A stretch of DNA of 62,825 nucleotides, the filler included, from Sphacelaria rigidula (lineage: Eukaryota), in assembly GCA_964200075.2 (NCBI GenBank). It is 6 parts of 6 records of this genome, joined end to end, with 100 filler letters (N's around TTAATTAATTAA, not from the genome) between each part and the next. Parts side by side here need not be neighbours in the genome. Positions count along the whole stretch, not along the records: positions 20,979 to 31,366 come from CAXNAA020006595.1; positions 31,467 to 41,853 come from CAXNAA020006596.1; 4 more parts are not named here. One strand, 5' to 3'. Below, piece by piece: positions 25,593 through 37,031 of the stretch. Under the pieces are notes generated by a model. It did no database searches. It was given only the letters and a program-made list of their open reading frames with translations, and had not been told where the DNA came from. The translations under genes and the position numbers were made by a program. Numbering within the stretch: position 1 is the stretch's first letter; each line of letters opens with the position of its first letter.

Positions 25593-26494
25593 CGGCACCC
25601 GTTAGACAGAAATCCTCGTCTCAATTCAGTTTTGGAATGTACCCGCAGCCAACAACGTCGTACTCAGTTGACAAAAACCAGGGCTTGATCTATTCATCGT
25701 CTAGCTTGGAACAGTGGGGCCAGAGGCTTGATTCGTGCTTGCGCCTCAGGGCCAGGCTGTGTGACAGGCGCGTGCCACAGAAAACGTCATTGCGCCGCTC
25801 ACACATGTTCTCCAGCCATGCTCCCCTGGATGGTGGACGGCCCGAATAAGTCGAGAATAATTTGTGAAAGAAAAAGCGTCGCTGCTTTTATTCGTGAGGG
25901 GGTGGTATCGCGGCGACGAAGCAACGTGCTTATTTTGCTCGCTTCGTTTTCTTGCGCTTCGAAAAGGCAAGGCATAGTCAGGAGTTTCCATTCTTGGCCT
26001 TCCGGTCGGGAGCGAAAAAGATATATATATATATATAAAGCCGTTCAGGAGCATACGTGACTTGGACCTATCACAAAAGTTTTCTTCTTGTTTATTTGCC
26101 TTTTCTCGCAACAATTTTTTTGAGAAGACAAACCCTCAATGCATCATCTACGTGAAGTGGGCACCGCAACTTGAAGACGGTAGCGGAAAAAAAACAAGTA
26201 TGCCCATGCAGAGTTCAACAACGCATTATTTACCCGCCCGAAAAAGCCATAATATCATGAGGCCGCAGCATCTATTTTCGCCTTCCACTATGCTGTACTG
26301 TGGAGCTATTCCCTCCGCATGAGGATAGGGTCGGATCCATGCATCGTACGATACAACAGTAACGTACGGTAGAGTGAAGAGCAGGTGGGAAAAACTCTCA
26401 GACCTCCCCCCCCCTGTTGCTTTCATTTTCGGCTCTCGAGGGGGGGCATACCAATTCCCATACAAAACCATTTCCACATTTATTCAACTTCAAC

Positions 26495-26875
26495 GCGAGT
26501 CACTTGGTCTAGCAGTTGGGAAGGTAACTTACATGAACGAAGTATGGGTGAGCCAGCTCACTTGGTCCAAGACTAGCTGAGGCAAGTTACTCGAACTTAG
26601 TATAGATGAACCAAGTTGCTTCATCGAACAATTGGGAAGGCGATTTACTTGAACTGAGTATTGGTGGGCTAGGCCACTTGATTTTAGACTAACTGAGGCA
26701 GGTTACTTGATGTGAGACTTGGGAAGGCACCTTACCAGAACCGGGTTTGGGGAAACCAAGTGTGCGTAGGTGAACCAAGTGAACTCATTTTCAGTGTATG
26801 GGCCACGGCGCATAATCTTAGACTACGTAAAATCGGCGTTTTACTTGAACAAAGTCAGGTGAACTAAGTCACTCG
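26495..26875. repeat. Degenerate tandem repeat (period about 90-116 bp)
   Basis: ttgggaagg at 26516, 26632 and 26719, with repeated agacta.ctgaggca.gttact and gaaccaagt motifs. Confidence 0.5.
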
Positions 26876-27782
26876 GCCTCAGTACCGCTGCTGCGGCGGA
26901 AAAGACTCAGTTTCAAATTCAGGAGTTCAGAGACGCGGCGAGACTCCATCCAATTTTTTGAAACCGTCAATAGCGCGGCGAGACTCTGTCCCTTCCCCAT
27001 GACGCGCGCATGGCGCGAGTAGACAGCCGAACCATGGTCTCTACCGTACAATCGTAGATGCCTGAATGCGTCGCTAAGCATCACAATCGAATGGCCACAG
27101 CGCGAAGGATGTTACGATACACAAGAGCCACCAAAAGAAGCTGTCAACTAGTTCAACACGTCCACCAACAGACGGTGTTTTTCCGGGAAGGAAAAAGGGG
27201 TGGGGGTGGGGGGTGGGGGGTGGGGGGGGGGGGGGTTGCACTTATGATTCTGCACGCCCTAATTGAAAGACCATGGACCCGCCAGGGGCTGGTGGTCTGG
27301 GAGTTCTTCTTTTAACCAGCCTTAGTAGAGTACTGAATACAGTGTACATGTGATAGACAAAGTAAAAACAATGCAGCTCTTGAGAGGCGTCGCGGCTCCC
27401 CTCTTCTGATACACGTTCAACCCCTCTTCGGGACGAGTCCATCGACTCAAGGGAGCAACCCATCTCTCGTTCAATATATACTTCCTCCTATTTTTTATTT
27501 TTGCCGATATCTTCACAGATGCGGAGGGTGTTGATCTACTTGCACGTTAACCCACAACAGAGTTTCTTCAACATTCAACATTATTGTCACACCCCATTGC
27601 TCCCGACGTGCAGCACCTGGCCGGACGCTTTGCGCAGTCTTCGTGCCACGGGGTTCAGTCAGGTACCCACATGTGCCGCGATTGCACCAATGTTTCCATC
27701 GTGGAGTGCAGTTAGATTTTGAACGAGCACTTACACAAGCGTCTAGATTATTCACCACAGTTTTCACTGGATACGGTCTCAC

Positions 27783-27881
27783 CCGTGCCTCGTACAGATC
27801 CCCCGAATCCATGGCGAACACAATCTCCCCCTCTTTGAACTTCGCGGTTGAGCCCTTCTTAGCTCCAGCTGCTTTCGCCAT
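27783..27881 (-). CDS. First exon of an MRG/Eaf3-family chromo-barrel (Tudor-knot) protein
   Basis: MAKAAGAKKGSTAKFKEGEIVFAMDSGDLYEAR|gtgaga; fits the MRG15/Eaf3 N-terminal pattern FxEGExV...GxLYEAK; later exons not identified. Confidence 0.7.
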
Positions 27882-28298
27882 GTTTCTCTACAATACAAGG
27901 ACAGTACCGTACGTAATACGGCACTACACAGTACAGGATTTTTGTTCAAGCAAAGGAGCTCGGAGCACTGGATCCACAGGAACCGTGAAGTCTTCGCCGT
28001 ATAGTAGAGGATACTACACTTCGTTATGCCAGGTTACTCTGGATGAGCTCGCTTGCCAGGGACACCTGCCGTCGGCGCGGGATCAACTTCACTTTTGAAT
28101 TCCAGAAATAGGATGGCAATATTAACGCGATGAATAAGCACGGAAAAGGTACAATTCGAATACGAAAAGGTATAAAGAGTCAGTGCGGAATCAATGCCGC
28201 ACAACAGTAGTCAGGACAGCACAAAACAGACAGTCAGCGCAGTACAAACATACTTGGTGGGGCTCCAAGGTCCCAGCACGGTTTGAGTAAGACAATCG

Positions 28299-28568
28299 AT
28301 GCATAAAATTTCTTTGGCGATCATAATGTTGATGTCGAGGTTGCCGAGCAGCCTTACATTCCTGCAAAAAGTACGAGTCTGCTGCTCGCAACGATCTAGT
28401 TTGATGAATGGCTCATCTCTGACAGCAGCAGTTGCTCGTCGTTTACAACAGGCTCCAGAGCAACAGCAGCAACAGGCAGAGCAAGAGAGACCTACAGGGA
28501 AGACAGATACCAATTGCAAAGTTCTCGAGGGCCTCGCTTGCAAAGTGGTGCAGGGCACTGTTGACAAG
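28299..28568 (+). CDS. Candidate first exon of a divergently transcribed gene with signal/transit-peptide-like N-terminus
   Basis: ATG start, 90 codons, AAG|gtatgc donor in phase 0; MHKISLAIIMLMSRLPSSLTF then Ser/Arg-rich and Gln-rich segments. Confidence 0.5.
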
Positions 28569-28867
28569 GTATGCGACAATCATGGTTGTGCCGATAATGT
28601 GCGGCTGGACTGCTGTACTGTCTCTAGTATACGTCATGACATGATCTGAAGTACAGTACTGTGTATAGGACTCTCTGTATTTTGAATATTTGAATTCGCC
28701 CCACGAGTTGCTGCTAGCTGCCAGACACATACACCAGTGTCTGAAACGTTGAACACACTTCAGATTTTGTGAGTAGGACGAAGTGGCCAAAATGCACGAC
28801 CGTTTCCACTACCCTTTCGGACTCGTTTATCGACTAGCTCTTTTCCATCTGATTGTATACTGCGTAG

Positions 28868-29425
28868 GACGTGTCTCAGGGCCTGTTTTCCCACATTAAT
28901 TTTCGATCGAAATTGTGCGGTGGGAAGCAAAAATCCCGATCTGATAGGTCGTAATTTCAACCACCTTGAAAAAAGCGATGGTTGAAATTGCGACCTATCA
29001 GATTGGGATTTTTGTTTTCCACCGCACAATTTCGATAAAGAACTAATGTGCTAACATCATTTTCCGATCGAAAAAGTGCAGTGGAATGGTGTCTTGGTAT
29101 ATTAGTTTTCGGTCGAAATTGTGCGGTGCAAAACAAAAATCCTAATCTGATAGGCCATGATTTCAACCATCTTCAAAATTAACGACGATGGTTGAAATTA
29201 CGACCTATCAGAGCGGGATTTTTGTTTTCATCCGCATTTTGGTTTCTTCTGCTAGCCTGTGACCACGGAAGGCGTCCGCGTAAGATGCCCAGTACCAATG
29301 TACCGCGCAGATATCGGAACGGCTTTTAATGTGAAGACAACAACAACAACAACAACAATCCGCACAATTTCGATCGAAAAGTAATGTGCTAAGACAGGCC
29401 CAAAGACAGGCCCTTAGGTCGTGTC
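28868..29425. mobile_element. Fold-back/MITE-like element with two internal hairpins (arms about 57 bp)
   Basis: Outer inverted ends agggcctgt / acaggccct; hairpins at 28907-29035 and 29113-29372 share the same arm sequence. Confidence 0.65.
29237..29357 (+). mobile_element. 5'-truncated non-LTR retroposon end with (CAA)n tail, inserted in the fold-back element
   Basis: 7-bp TSD atccgca (29230-29236 and 29358-29364); homologous to 9556-9641. Confidence 0.8.
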
Positions 29426-29721
29426 TTATCACATTGTTTTTGACTCGAAAATTACGGTGGAATCAAATTTGCTCGTACCTGATACGTCCACGGCATTCAT
29501 GTTCTCAACCATCTCACAAAATTAGTAGCGTGGACGTTTTCGACATCTAAACAATTTAATAAGATACGGCCGTACATGAAAGAAATGAACCAACGAGAAA
29601 GAGCGGCGTAATATGATTCGGTTGAATTCGTTCATTTTTTCGCGGTTTTGGGTCCGAGCGAATGTGTAAGCCTAGAACCAGATCTGAACACCGTGAAGCT
29701 TTTTGCGTGCGTACGAATTTC

Positions 29722-30257
29722 ATATGCACCCTGGGATAATGGCAAGAACACGTGCGGCAGGTCAGTGCCGCATGACCACCCCGACGGTCTTCACCAGGGT
29801 CACACTTTCAATCGGGTTCAGCACACTCAACGCAGAGTTCAGTGCAGTACAGTGCAGTCTGGTGCAGTACAGTAACATGATGTTGTCTATCGGTACCGCC
29901 ACGCGCGCTGTGCCGTCTGTATAGCATCTGTCCGTGGTGACGAAGATGCTGCTTCGTTTCTTTGGGAAAACATGGACCAAATGTCACCCCCAGCGTCGGT
30001 CATCTGTGGCTTTTGCCTACTTTAATTCCGAGCTGGCATTGGGAGGTCACGCAGACAAAGGGCAGTCATCCACGCGACGTGTAGTGAGAGAGAACAACAT
30101 CATGTTCCTGACTGGACTGCACTGTACTGTATTGCACTGTACTCATCGTTGTTGTGCTGAACCCGATCGGAATTGGGACCCCGGTGATCACGGTCGGGGT
30201 GGTTATGGTGCACGGACCAGCCGCACATGTTCTTGTCATCATCCCAGGGTGCACATG
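29722..30257. repeat. Diverged inverted repeat, arms about 180 bp (old MITE or hairpin)
   Basis: tgcaccctgggataatggcaagaacacgtgcggc pairs with gccgcacatgttcttgtcatcatcccagggtgca. Confidence 0.7.
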
Positions 30258-31366
30258 ATGGGCCATTCGTCATCATTTTGCACTACATGCCACGACGCAG
30301 CCGAGGAACCATGTCGGTGCCCCTTCCGAACGACGTTTGGCAGCAGAACGGCGCCTCCCCCGGCCTTCCCTTGACGCCATTCATTCAACTCGGCCAATCC
30401 CCCACAACAGAAGAGGTACTCGGGTGGCCGCTGGTACACGTTATCCGCATTCCACAGCGTCTCCAAGTTACGGTACATTATGAATGAGTTCAAAGCTGTG
30501 CGTACTGTATGGATCGGGTCGTAATGGCGCGCGTTGTCACGTCGTGTAACCAGCGTAAATTCGTCGATATCCTGGGACATGCGTTTCGCAACCCGGGTCA
30601 CGCTATACGCATGCTGTTCAACTTGCCGATAACTTGGGGACGCTCCAAATTGCGGAAAATGTGTACCAGTGGCCACTCGTGTGGGCTTGTCCCACTCCGG
30701 CGCCGTCCTATCCATGGTTGACACATTTTGAAACAACGCTAACCCCTATCCCCAACTTCAATCCAAGGCATACCGAGAACCCTCGGGCAAGGGGGTGCCA
30801 AGGATGCCCTAGAGAAGATGTTCGTCAGCAAGCCTCAAATCGGCACCTGATGAATTGATTTGGACAAAATCGCGCTCTGCGCATGGTGGGGAGCACTTGG
30901 GAATTTTAGCCCACTAAAGATCCGAAACTCGGTGTACACAGTCAAATCAAGTAATGTCAACCACAGATGAAGTTAGGAGTGGCGCAGAAGTTTGCAGCAT
31001 GTAGAACACAAAAGCTCTAACATCCCGCCCAGCTGTGCTGTCTACCGCAGGTTATTTGTTCGGTACCTCCACCACCCGTGTTGTCGTAGAGCTATGTTCC
31101 TGCCTGTTTTTGCCTGCAGTTCTAAGCTTTCTGTATACCACGCCACTTCTACTTTCACTGGTGTATATAGCACTGGGTGCCTCAACTATTTATTCTTCAG
31201 AAGGATTTTTTCTCGCGACTACTCTTTGATAGAACTCAAAAGTGCTAGCGTCGGTAGATTTTGGTTAATTAAGAGATCGTCTCCCCCCCCCCCACACCTC
31301 CAGCGCTGATGGCGCGTTTGTTCTCCGGCGAAATGACTACACGACACGAAAGCAAAGGGGGGCGAG

Positions 31367-31466
31367 NNNNNNNNNNNNNNNNNNNNNNNNNNNNNNNNNN
31401 NNNNNNNNNNTTAATTAATTAANNNNNNNNNNNNNNNNNNNNNNNNNNNNNNNNNNNNNNNNNNNN
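31367..31466. other. Artificial contig spacer
   Basis: 44 N + TTAATTAATTAA + 44 N. Confidence 0.99.
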
Positions 31467-31513
31467 GTCAAATGACTAAGGCAAGCAACAAATGAGTACG
31501 CCCCCCCCCCCCC
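31467..31513 (+). mobile_element. Oligo(C)-ended family Y 3' end at contig start
   Basis: aaatgactaaggcaagcaacaaatgagtacg(C)13. Confidence 0.6.
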
Positions 31514-32358
31514 GTTCTGCCTTCTACCTGGTGAACCATGACTCCTTCCACCATTAGTACTAGCGGCGGAAAGTCCAGGGTTCAAGGGCGTCTTTTGCCT
31601 CTCTCTTGTCAATTGTTCTTCAGCATACGCATTTTCTAGCTGGCGGGTGACCTCTTATATGCCCATCTCACGTAGTGCTAATAAATCCCCATGTTCGTGC
31701 TCGTATTCTGACGAAAGGCATCGAACAATTTGCCTGTTCTCCTCAGAGTCCGAGAGAATTACATCGAGTTCTTCGCGCTTCGTGCGAATGAACTGTGCCC
31801 GCGAGAGAAAATCCATGGGCAATTCACCGTCAGCCATCTGTAACGTTTGCCACTCGTACTCCAACTTGGCTCTTTCCGTGGCTTCTGGAATCCTGTAGTA
31901 CTTGACGATGTAATCCCATGCTTGGCTTGGGTTCGCAAGCATATCGATGTACCTTACTAAGGGGGGATAGGTTACCTTATCGATAATTATCTTCATGACT
32001 TTTTTGGCTTTGTCGACAGCTACGTTTCCGAAATGTCCTCGCAAATCCTCCTCGTTTTCACGATGTGTTCTGATGGGGTTGTCAACTGACATAGCGTCAC
32101 AGCAGTCTTCATCCTTGAAATACGCACACACATCTGGATGTAAAAGACATCGAACCTGTCCCTGGCATTAGCGGATGTTGCAGCTTTTTCATCCCAAGGT
32201 GGAATGCTTCTTCTGTTGCTGCGGACACGGTGGGAATTGGGGCTGTGGAACGGTGCTTGCGGTGCTGTATTAGCAGGCCTCACCGGTGTAATGTCCATCG
32301 TCTGCTGCATTATATTTATCTGTTCAGTTAGATGTCTGACTTCTTCTTCCACGGCCAT
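31514..32358 (-). pseudogene. gag: Ty1/copia gag (UBN2-like), frameshifted
   Basis: AWDYIVKYY...AKLEYEWQTLQMADGELPMDFLSR...IVRCLSSEYE pattern; lies downstream of a putative LTR and PBS. Confidence 0.7.
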
Positions 32359-32540
32359 GGGGTGCCGATACTTTTTCACATTAAAACCTAGGTAAATTGT
32401 CAACCTTGCTCAACCTTTACTCAACCCTGGAAACCTTCACACCTCTCTCTCAAAACCTCTACGACTCAAACTCTCCTCTTGCTCAAACTCTGCCCAATCT
32501 GATTGCAAAGGCGGTAAATCTCTTCCGCTATCGTGATAAA

Positions 32541-32933
32541 CCGCTCTGATGCGGGGGTAAGCGTCCACACAACTCAAGTGCGTGAGCAGTAGTCAGCACC
32601 TTGGTTCAGGTAAATAATAGTAGTATAGAACACGTTTTGATTATCTCTTCACCCTGCTTACTCACTCAGATTCCAATCAACCTCATTCAGTCACACAATA
32701 ACACACGCTCAATCTCTCTCATTCAATACCACACTAACTCACTCACCGCACACAATTATGCAAACCCCCAGAGGAAGGCACTTTGACCGTGGGCACCCAG
32801 ACTCAGAACTGACTGACTGATGGGGGCAATGCCTAGTTCGTTTGTCTGCGCGTGAAGTATATTGGTCTCGCATAATCTACGTCATTAGACACTGTTCCTC
32901 TGATTGGGTACCTAATCCTCCGCAACCGCAACA
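32541..32933 (-). mobile_element. Putative copia 5' LTR with partial tRNA-iMet primer binding site
   Basis: Minus strand starts TGTTGCGG and ends CCGCA, followed by TCAGAGCGG (remnant of TGGTATCAGAGC). Confidence 0.55.
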
Positions 32934-33007
32934 TGGTTGATGCTACTTGTGCCGCACTATATCCTGCATCAATCTTGTTCATGGCAGAGCGTGAGCATTT
33001 TCAAATA

Positions 33008-33968
33008 GGACGTCTTCCTCGGTGCTGGCGTCTTCGTCGGCGGGGGAATGGAAGTGTGATGTTCTGGACGATGTTCAAATTAAGAGTGCATTGCAAAGAG
33101 TCTTGGACTTGCAAGAACGTTTCCACGTTCAAATGCAGGAGCGTGTTGCCGCTGAACGTGCACGTAGGCGTGAGGGGTCCTCGTCGGGGCTGGAATTGCC
33201 GAATTTTGAGGTAGACGACTATGTCTTGTATGCACGCGTGCGTCGTCCGGGTGTTAGGCCCAAGTTGATGGCGACTTGGACTGGTCCATGGAGAGTGATT
33301 GGTGCTCACGATCCGCATGTGTTTGAGATTTAAAACATTGTTTCGGGTCGTGTTCAGACCGCCCATGTAGCTCGCTTGCATTTTTATGCAGACTCGCAGC
33401 TTAATGTTACGGCTGACGTTAAGGACGTGTTCCAGCATGTTTTCAATCAGGGGCAATTTCAGATGGCTGGTATTGTCCAAGTGGTAGAAGCAGATGATCG
33501 TTCGTTGATCGTGTTGGTCGACTAGGTTGGTTTCGAAGTTGAGGAGCGTACGTGGGAGCCTTTCAAGGATATTTTGAGGTTGCTCCGGAATTTCTTACGA
33601 AGGAGTTGCGTAAATTGCGCGTAACTCGTGCCGTTGCTTCTCGCATTTCGAGTGAGTTGGGTATTCAGTTGTGACTTACTCATTGCTTTGGCGTTTTCTA
33701 TGTGTCAAGCTTGTTGATCGATTTTCGTCCAACGCGCTTTGGGGGTGCTGTGACGAAATAACGCCGTTACGTTGAGTTGGTGGTGATGATATGGATAATG
33801 ACTGGGGACACTAGGTTGATGCCCTGGCGTGTCTAGGTGGGTGCCTTGGAAGGTCACTTCTGAATAATGAGAATGTTGTAAAGGCTGACAAGCGAAACTG
33901 AGGCCAGTAAGACTGCGGAGTCCCCCAACAGCAGTGATCGAACAGTGCTTCCACTGGCTGGCGTCACC
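33008..33968 (+). mobile_element. 3' fragment of the Ty3/gypsy family of contig 5 (integrase C-terminus, chromodomain, LTR 33749-33968)
   Basis: Colinear with 49922-50923; PKLMATWTGPWRV motif; LTR tgtgacg...cgtcacc after gggggtgc. Confidence 0.9.
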
Positions 33969-34426
33969 GGTCGAAGTATGGTGTCAAGAGGCAGGAAGGC
34001 AGTGGTCTCTACTCCTAAGCAAAACACGGATGGAGGACATAGGGATGGCACAGAGTCCAGCTGAACCTTGCGTGCTAAAAAAAGAAGGGAGACGTCTACA
34101 GGATATTCTAGTCGCACATGTAGACGATATTTTAGTCGGAGACAAAACAAAAAGTGCAGCGTGTGTGTGTGAGATCTCCAAGAGATTTTCCATCAACAAC
34201 CTTGGTAAGATGAAGTGGTACATGGGGTGCGCACTGGAGAGAAATAGGAGGAATAGCGGTAATGTACGGAGGAGTGGCAGTATCCAGTTCCAGTCGTAGG
34301 CAACACTGTGTTACCTTGTCCACTACCGAGGCCGAGTATTTGGCAATGGCAGAAGCGGCAAAGGGCTGTATGCATGTTAAGGCGTGATGAAAGCCTCTCA
34401 AAGGAGGTGCTCCGGACAGAGGGGAA
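33969..34426 (+). pseudogene. pol: Ty1/copia RT-RNaseH fragment with internal deletions
   Basis: AGRQW, SPAEPCV, ILVAHVDDIL, LGKMKWYMG, then VTLSTTEAEYLAM; followed by a purine tract and TGT. Confidence 0.8.
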
Positions 34427-35967
34427 TGTGTAGTATAAATCTTCTTGTATCAACTTCTTATACCCTTAAGTCACCCAACATCAAGACCGTGCAAGCTCCA
34501 CGGGCAACCTCCAAACCCCAAATATGTAGAAACACAGAAATGTAGGGGCAAAAATAAAGTGCTGCTGTAGGGGCGTACAACACATCGCCTCCTATGTGCC
34601 CCATCTAGTCATAACACAATATCGACCTCATGATTGGGCGATTATCTCTCCGCCTCGCACATGTGATATACCGTCAACCTGCCCCGTAATGTACCCGAAT
34701 TAGTCCATGTTCATATGCACTAGGACTCAGATCGGCAATACCTTAATAGCCCCCCTTGCTGATGCTTAATACTGGTCATACCATCACGCGGGACAAAACT
34801 TAGTTTTCTCTCCATAAAATCAAACAATGCTCATAACATAATTAGCGTGAAGCTCCTAAGACTTAGCATCACAAAACATCAAACTTGTCAAGAAAACGGT
34901 ACCTCCTACATTCTACGCCTCCCTGATCCTGTGTCATTCCCATCAAATCCCAGTCCATGTTTCTTCCATAACCGATCACAAAGATAACCGTACTCCCCTC
35001 ACCATAAAAATCAAACAATGCTCATGACATAGTCGTGGTGAAATTCAAAGGAGTTTGTTGGTAAAACCTTCGTCAAGAAATCGGCATGCTGGTACTCCGA
35101 CCTCACATCAATAATTGAGATATCCCTTCTTCCCACTCTCTGATCAAGTGACATCTTACATCAATGTGCTTAGAGTTGGAGTTCGTGATGGGGTTCTATG
35201 ACAACTGAATAGCACCTTGATTGTCCTCGAACACAGGAGTGCACGACTCTCCAACTTCAGGCAGCATAAATTCCCACATCTGTCTCGAAAAAAGCAACTC
35301 CTTCACTATGTCGGTCATTGCGACGTACTCTGCTTCTGACGTTGGCAGCGTCTCACACTTTTGTGTCCTTGAGAACCACGAGACGCATCCACCCCGACAC
35401 ATTACCAGTCCACCCGACACTGATCGCCAATCGGCCGCCTTACTCGCGTAGTCTGCATCAGAGTATGTTTGAAAAAGAAGGCTTTTTAAACTGCCTCTCC
35501 GGAAAGTAATACCTAACGCGGTTGTTCGCCTAACATACCCCAGTATACCAAGAGCAGTACGCCAATTAATCAGTCTTGGGGACGCGCAATATCTCGCTAC
35601 TGCTCGCACTGCGTTGCAAGTGTCCGGTCTAGTCTAATTTGCCAGCCCCATGAGTGACCCTATCAATTCCCTGATTGGAAACGTCGTGACCTGCCCATCC
35701 TCATTGAAATCCTCGAGTTTCACACCGGCACCCATCGGTGTTTTGTTCCCCCATGATATATTGTACTCCTCTACCAACTCCTCTGCAATAGTCTGTTGTG
35801 AAACGGTAAGGTTCCCTCTCTCCAAATTTCTCTCGTAACATAGTTCCGAATACCATCGCAGTTCTCCTAATTTCTTAACTGTAACAATTGCGTTCAGTTG
35901 CTCGCCAAATCCATCACTCCTGTCCTCATTCCCTACGGCAAAGATATCGTCTACATGTACCACCAAC

Positions 35968-36217
35968 GAGTCATCCTACGATAGAGGGGGGGATATTTTG
36001 GGCCATTTCTTGCACGAAATTCCAGGTCAGATCGTCGTTAAAAGCAGCAACGGTTGCTCGAACAAGCTTGTTATAGGTACGTGACGCTCATTCATGCCAA
36101 TTGACATCGTTTCGAATCAAATACACGCGCACCGCGAGTGTGACAGGTCGCCTGACACACTTAGAAGCCTCTTTTTTCGTGCAACCAAGTACCCCCCCCC
36201 CTATCGTAGGATGACTC
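35968..36217. mobile_element. GAG...CTC MITE with 4-bp TSD (Sola-like), copy 1
   Basis: TIR gagtcatcctacgatag; flanks caac/caat; removal restores VVITLVVHVDD. Confidence 0.85.
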
Positions 36218-36803
36218 CAATGTGATCACTACCTTGTCGTTCTCCATCAGTCGGAATACAGATGGATCTTCCAAACGCTGATCGAAACCTAGACTCTTGA
36301 TTCACCCTGCTAGGTCAAGATGCCATCGTGTGGAAGCCTGACGGAGTTCATGTAAAGTTTTATTAAGTCTCACTATATTACCAGATAAATCACCATAACC
36401 AGAAGGCAATGGCATATAAACGTATTCGTCCAGTACTGACTGTACAAAAGCTCGCTCGATATCAAAATGGCGCAACGAAAGATTCTGCTCACAAGCAAGA
36501 GCTGTTCGCGAACGTACATTCGAAACCGCTACTGCAGGTGCATATAATTTATCAAAGTCAATGTCTGCCTGTTGCATATCCCCCCTTGCGACAAGCCTCG
36601 ATTTTGCTTTCTTTGGCCACCCAAACTCGTCAGCTTTTCAGTTGTTAGCCCACTTCGCTTGAATGAAATTATGTACTGATTGCTATACTACCGCATCTTT
36701 GGTGCCCGCTTCCTTTAGGCCTTGAAACTCTCGCGCCATAGAGTCCACCCATACTCCTTCCTGCTCGGGAATTGTGGTTTCAGCGTAGGTCCTCAGGGTC
36801 TTT

Positions 36804-37031
36804 GAGTCATCCTACGTTAGGGGGGGAGAGGTATTTGATTGCACGAAAAAATAGGCTCAACGCGGTGTGCTTGTATTTGGTTCAAAACGGTGTCAATCAG
36901 TATGAACGAGCGTTATACGTCTATAACAAGCTCGTTCGAGCAACCGCTGCTCCTTTCAAGGACGATTTGACTTGGAATTTCGTGCAAGAAGTGGCCCAAA
37001 ATACCCCCCCCCCCCTATCGTAGGATTACTC
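36804..37031. mobile_element. GAG...CTC MITE (Sola-like), copy 2, opposite orientation
   Basis: Same TIR; flanks cttt/tttt; removal restores ELKTLRTYAE...WVDSMAREF. Confidence 0.85.
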
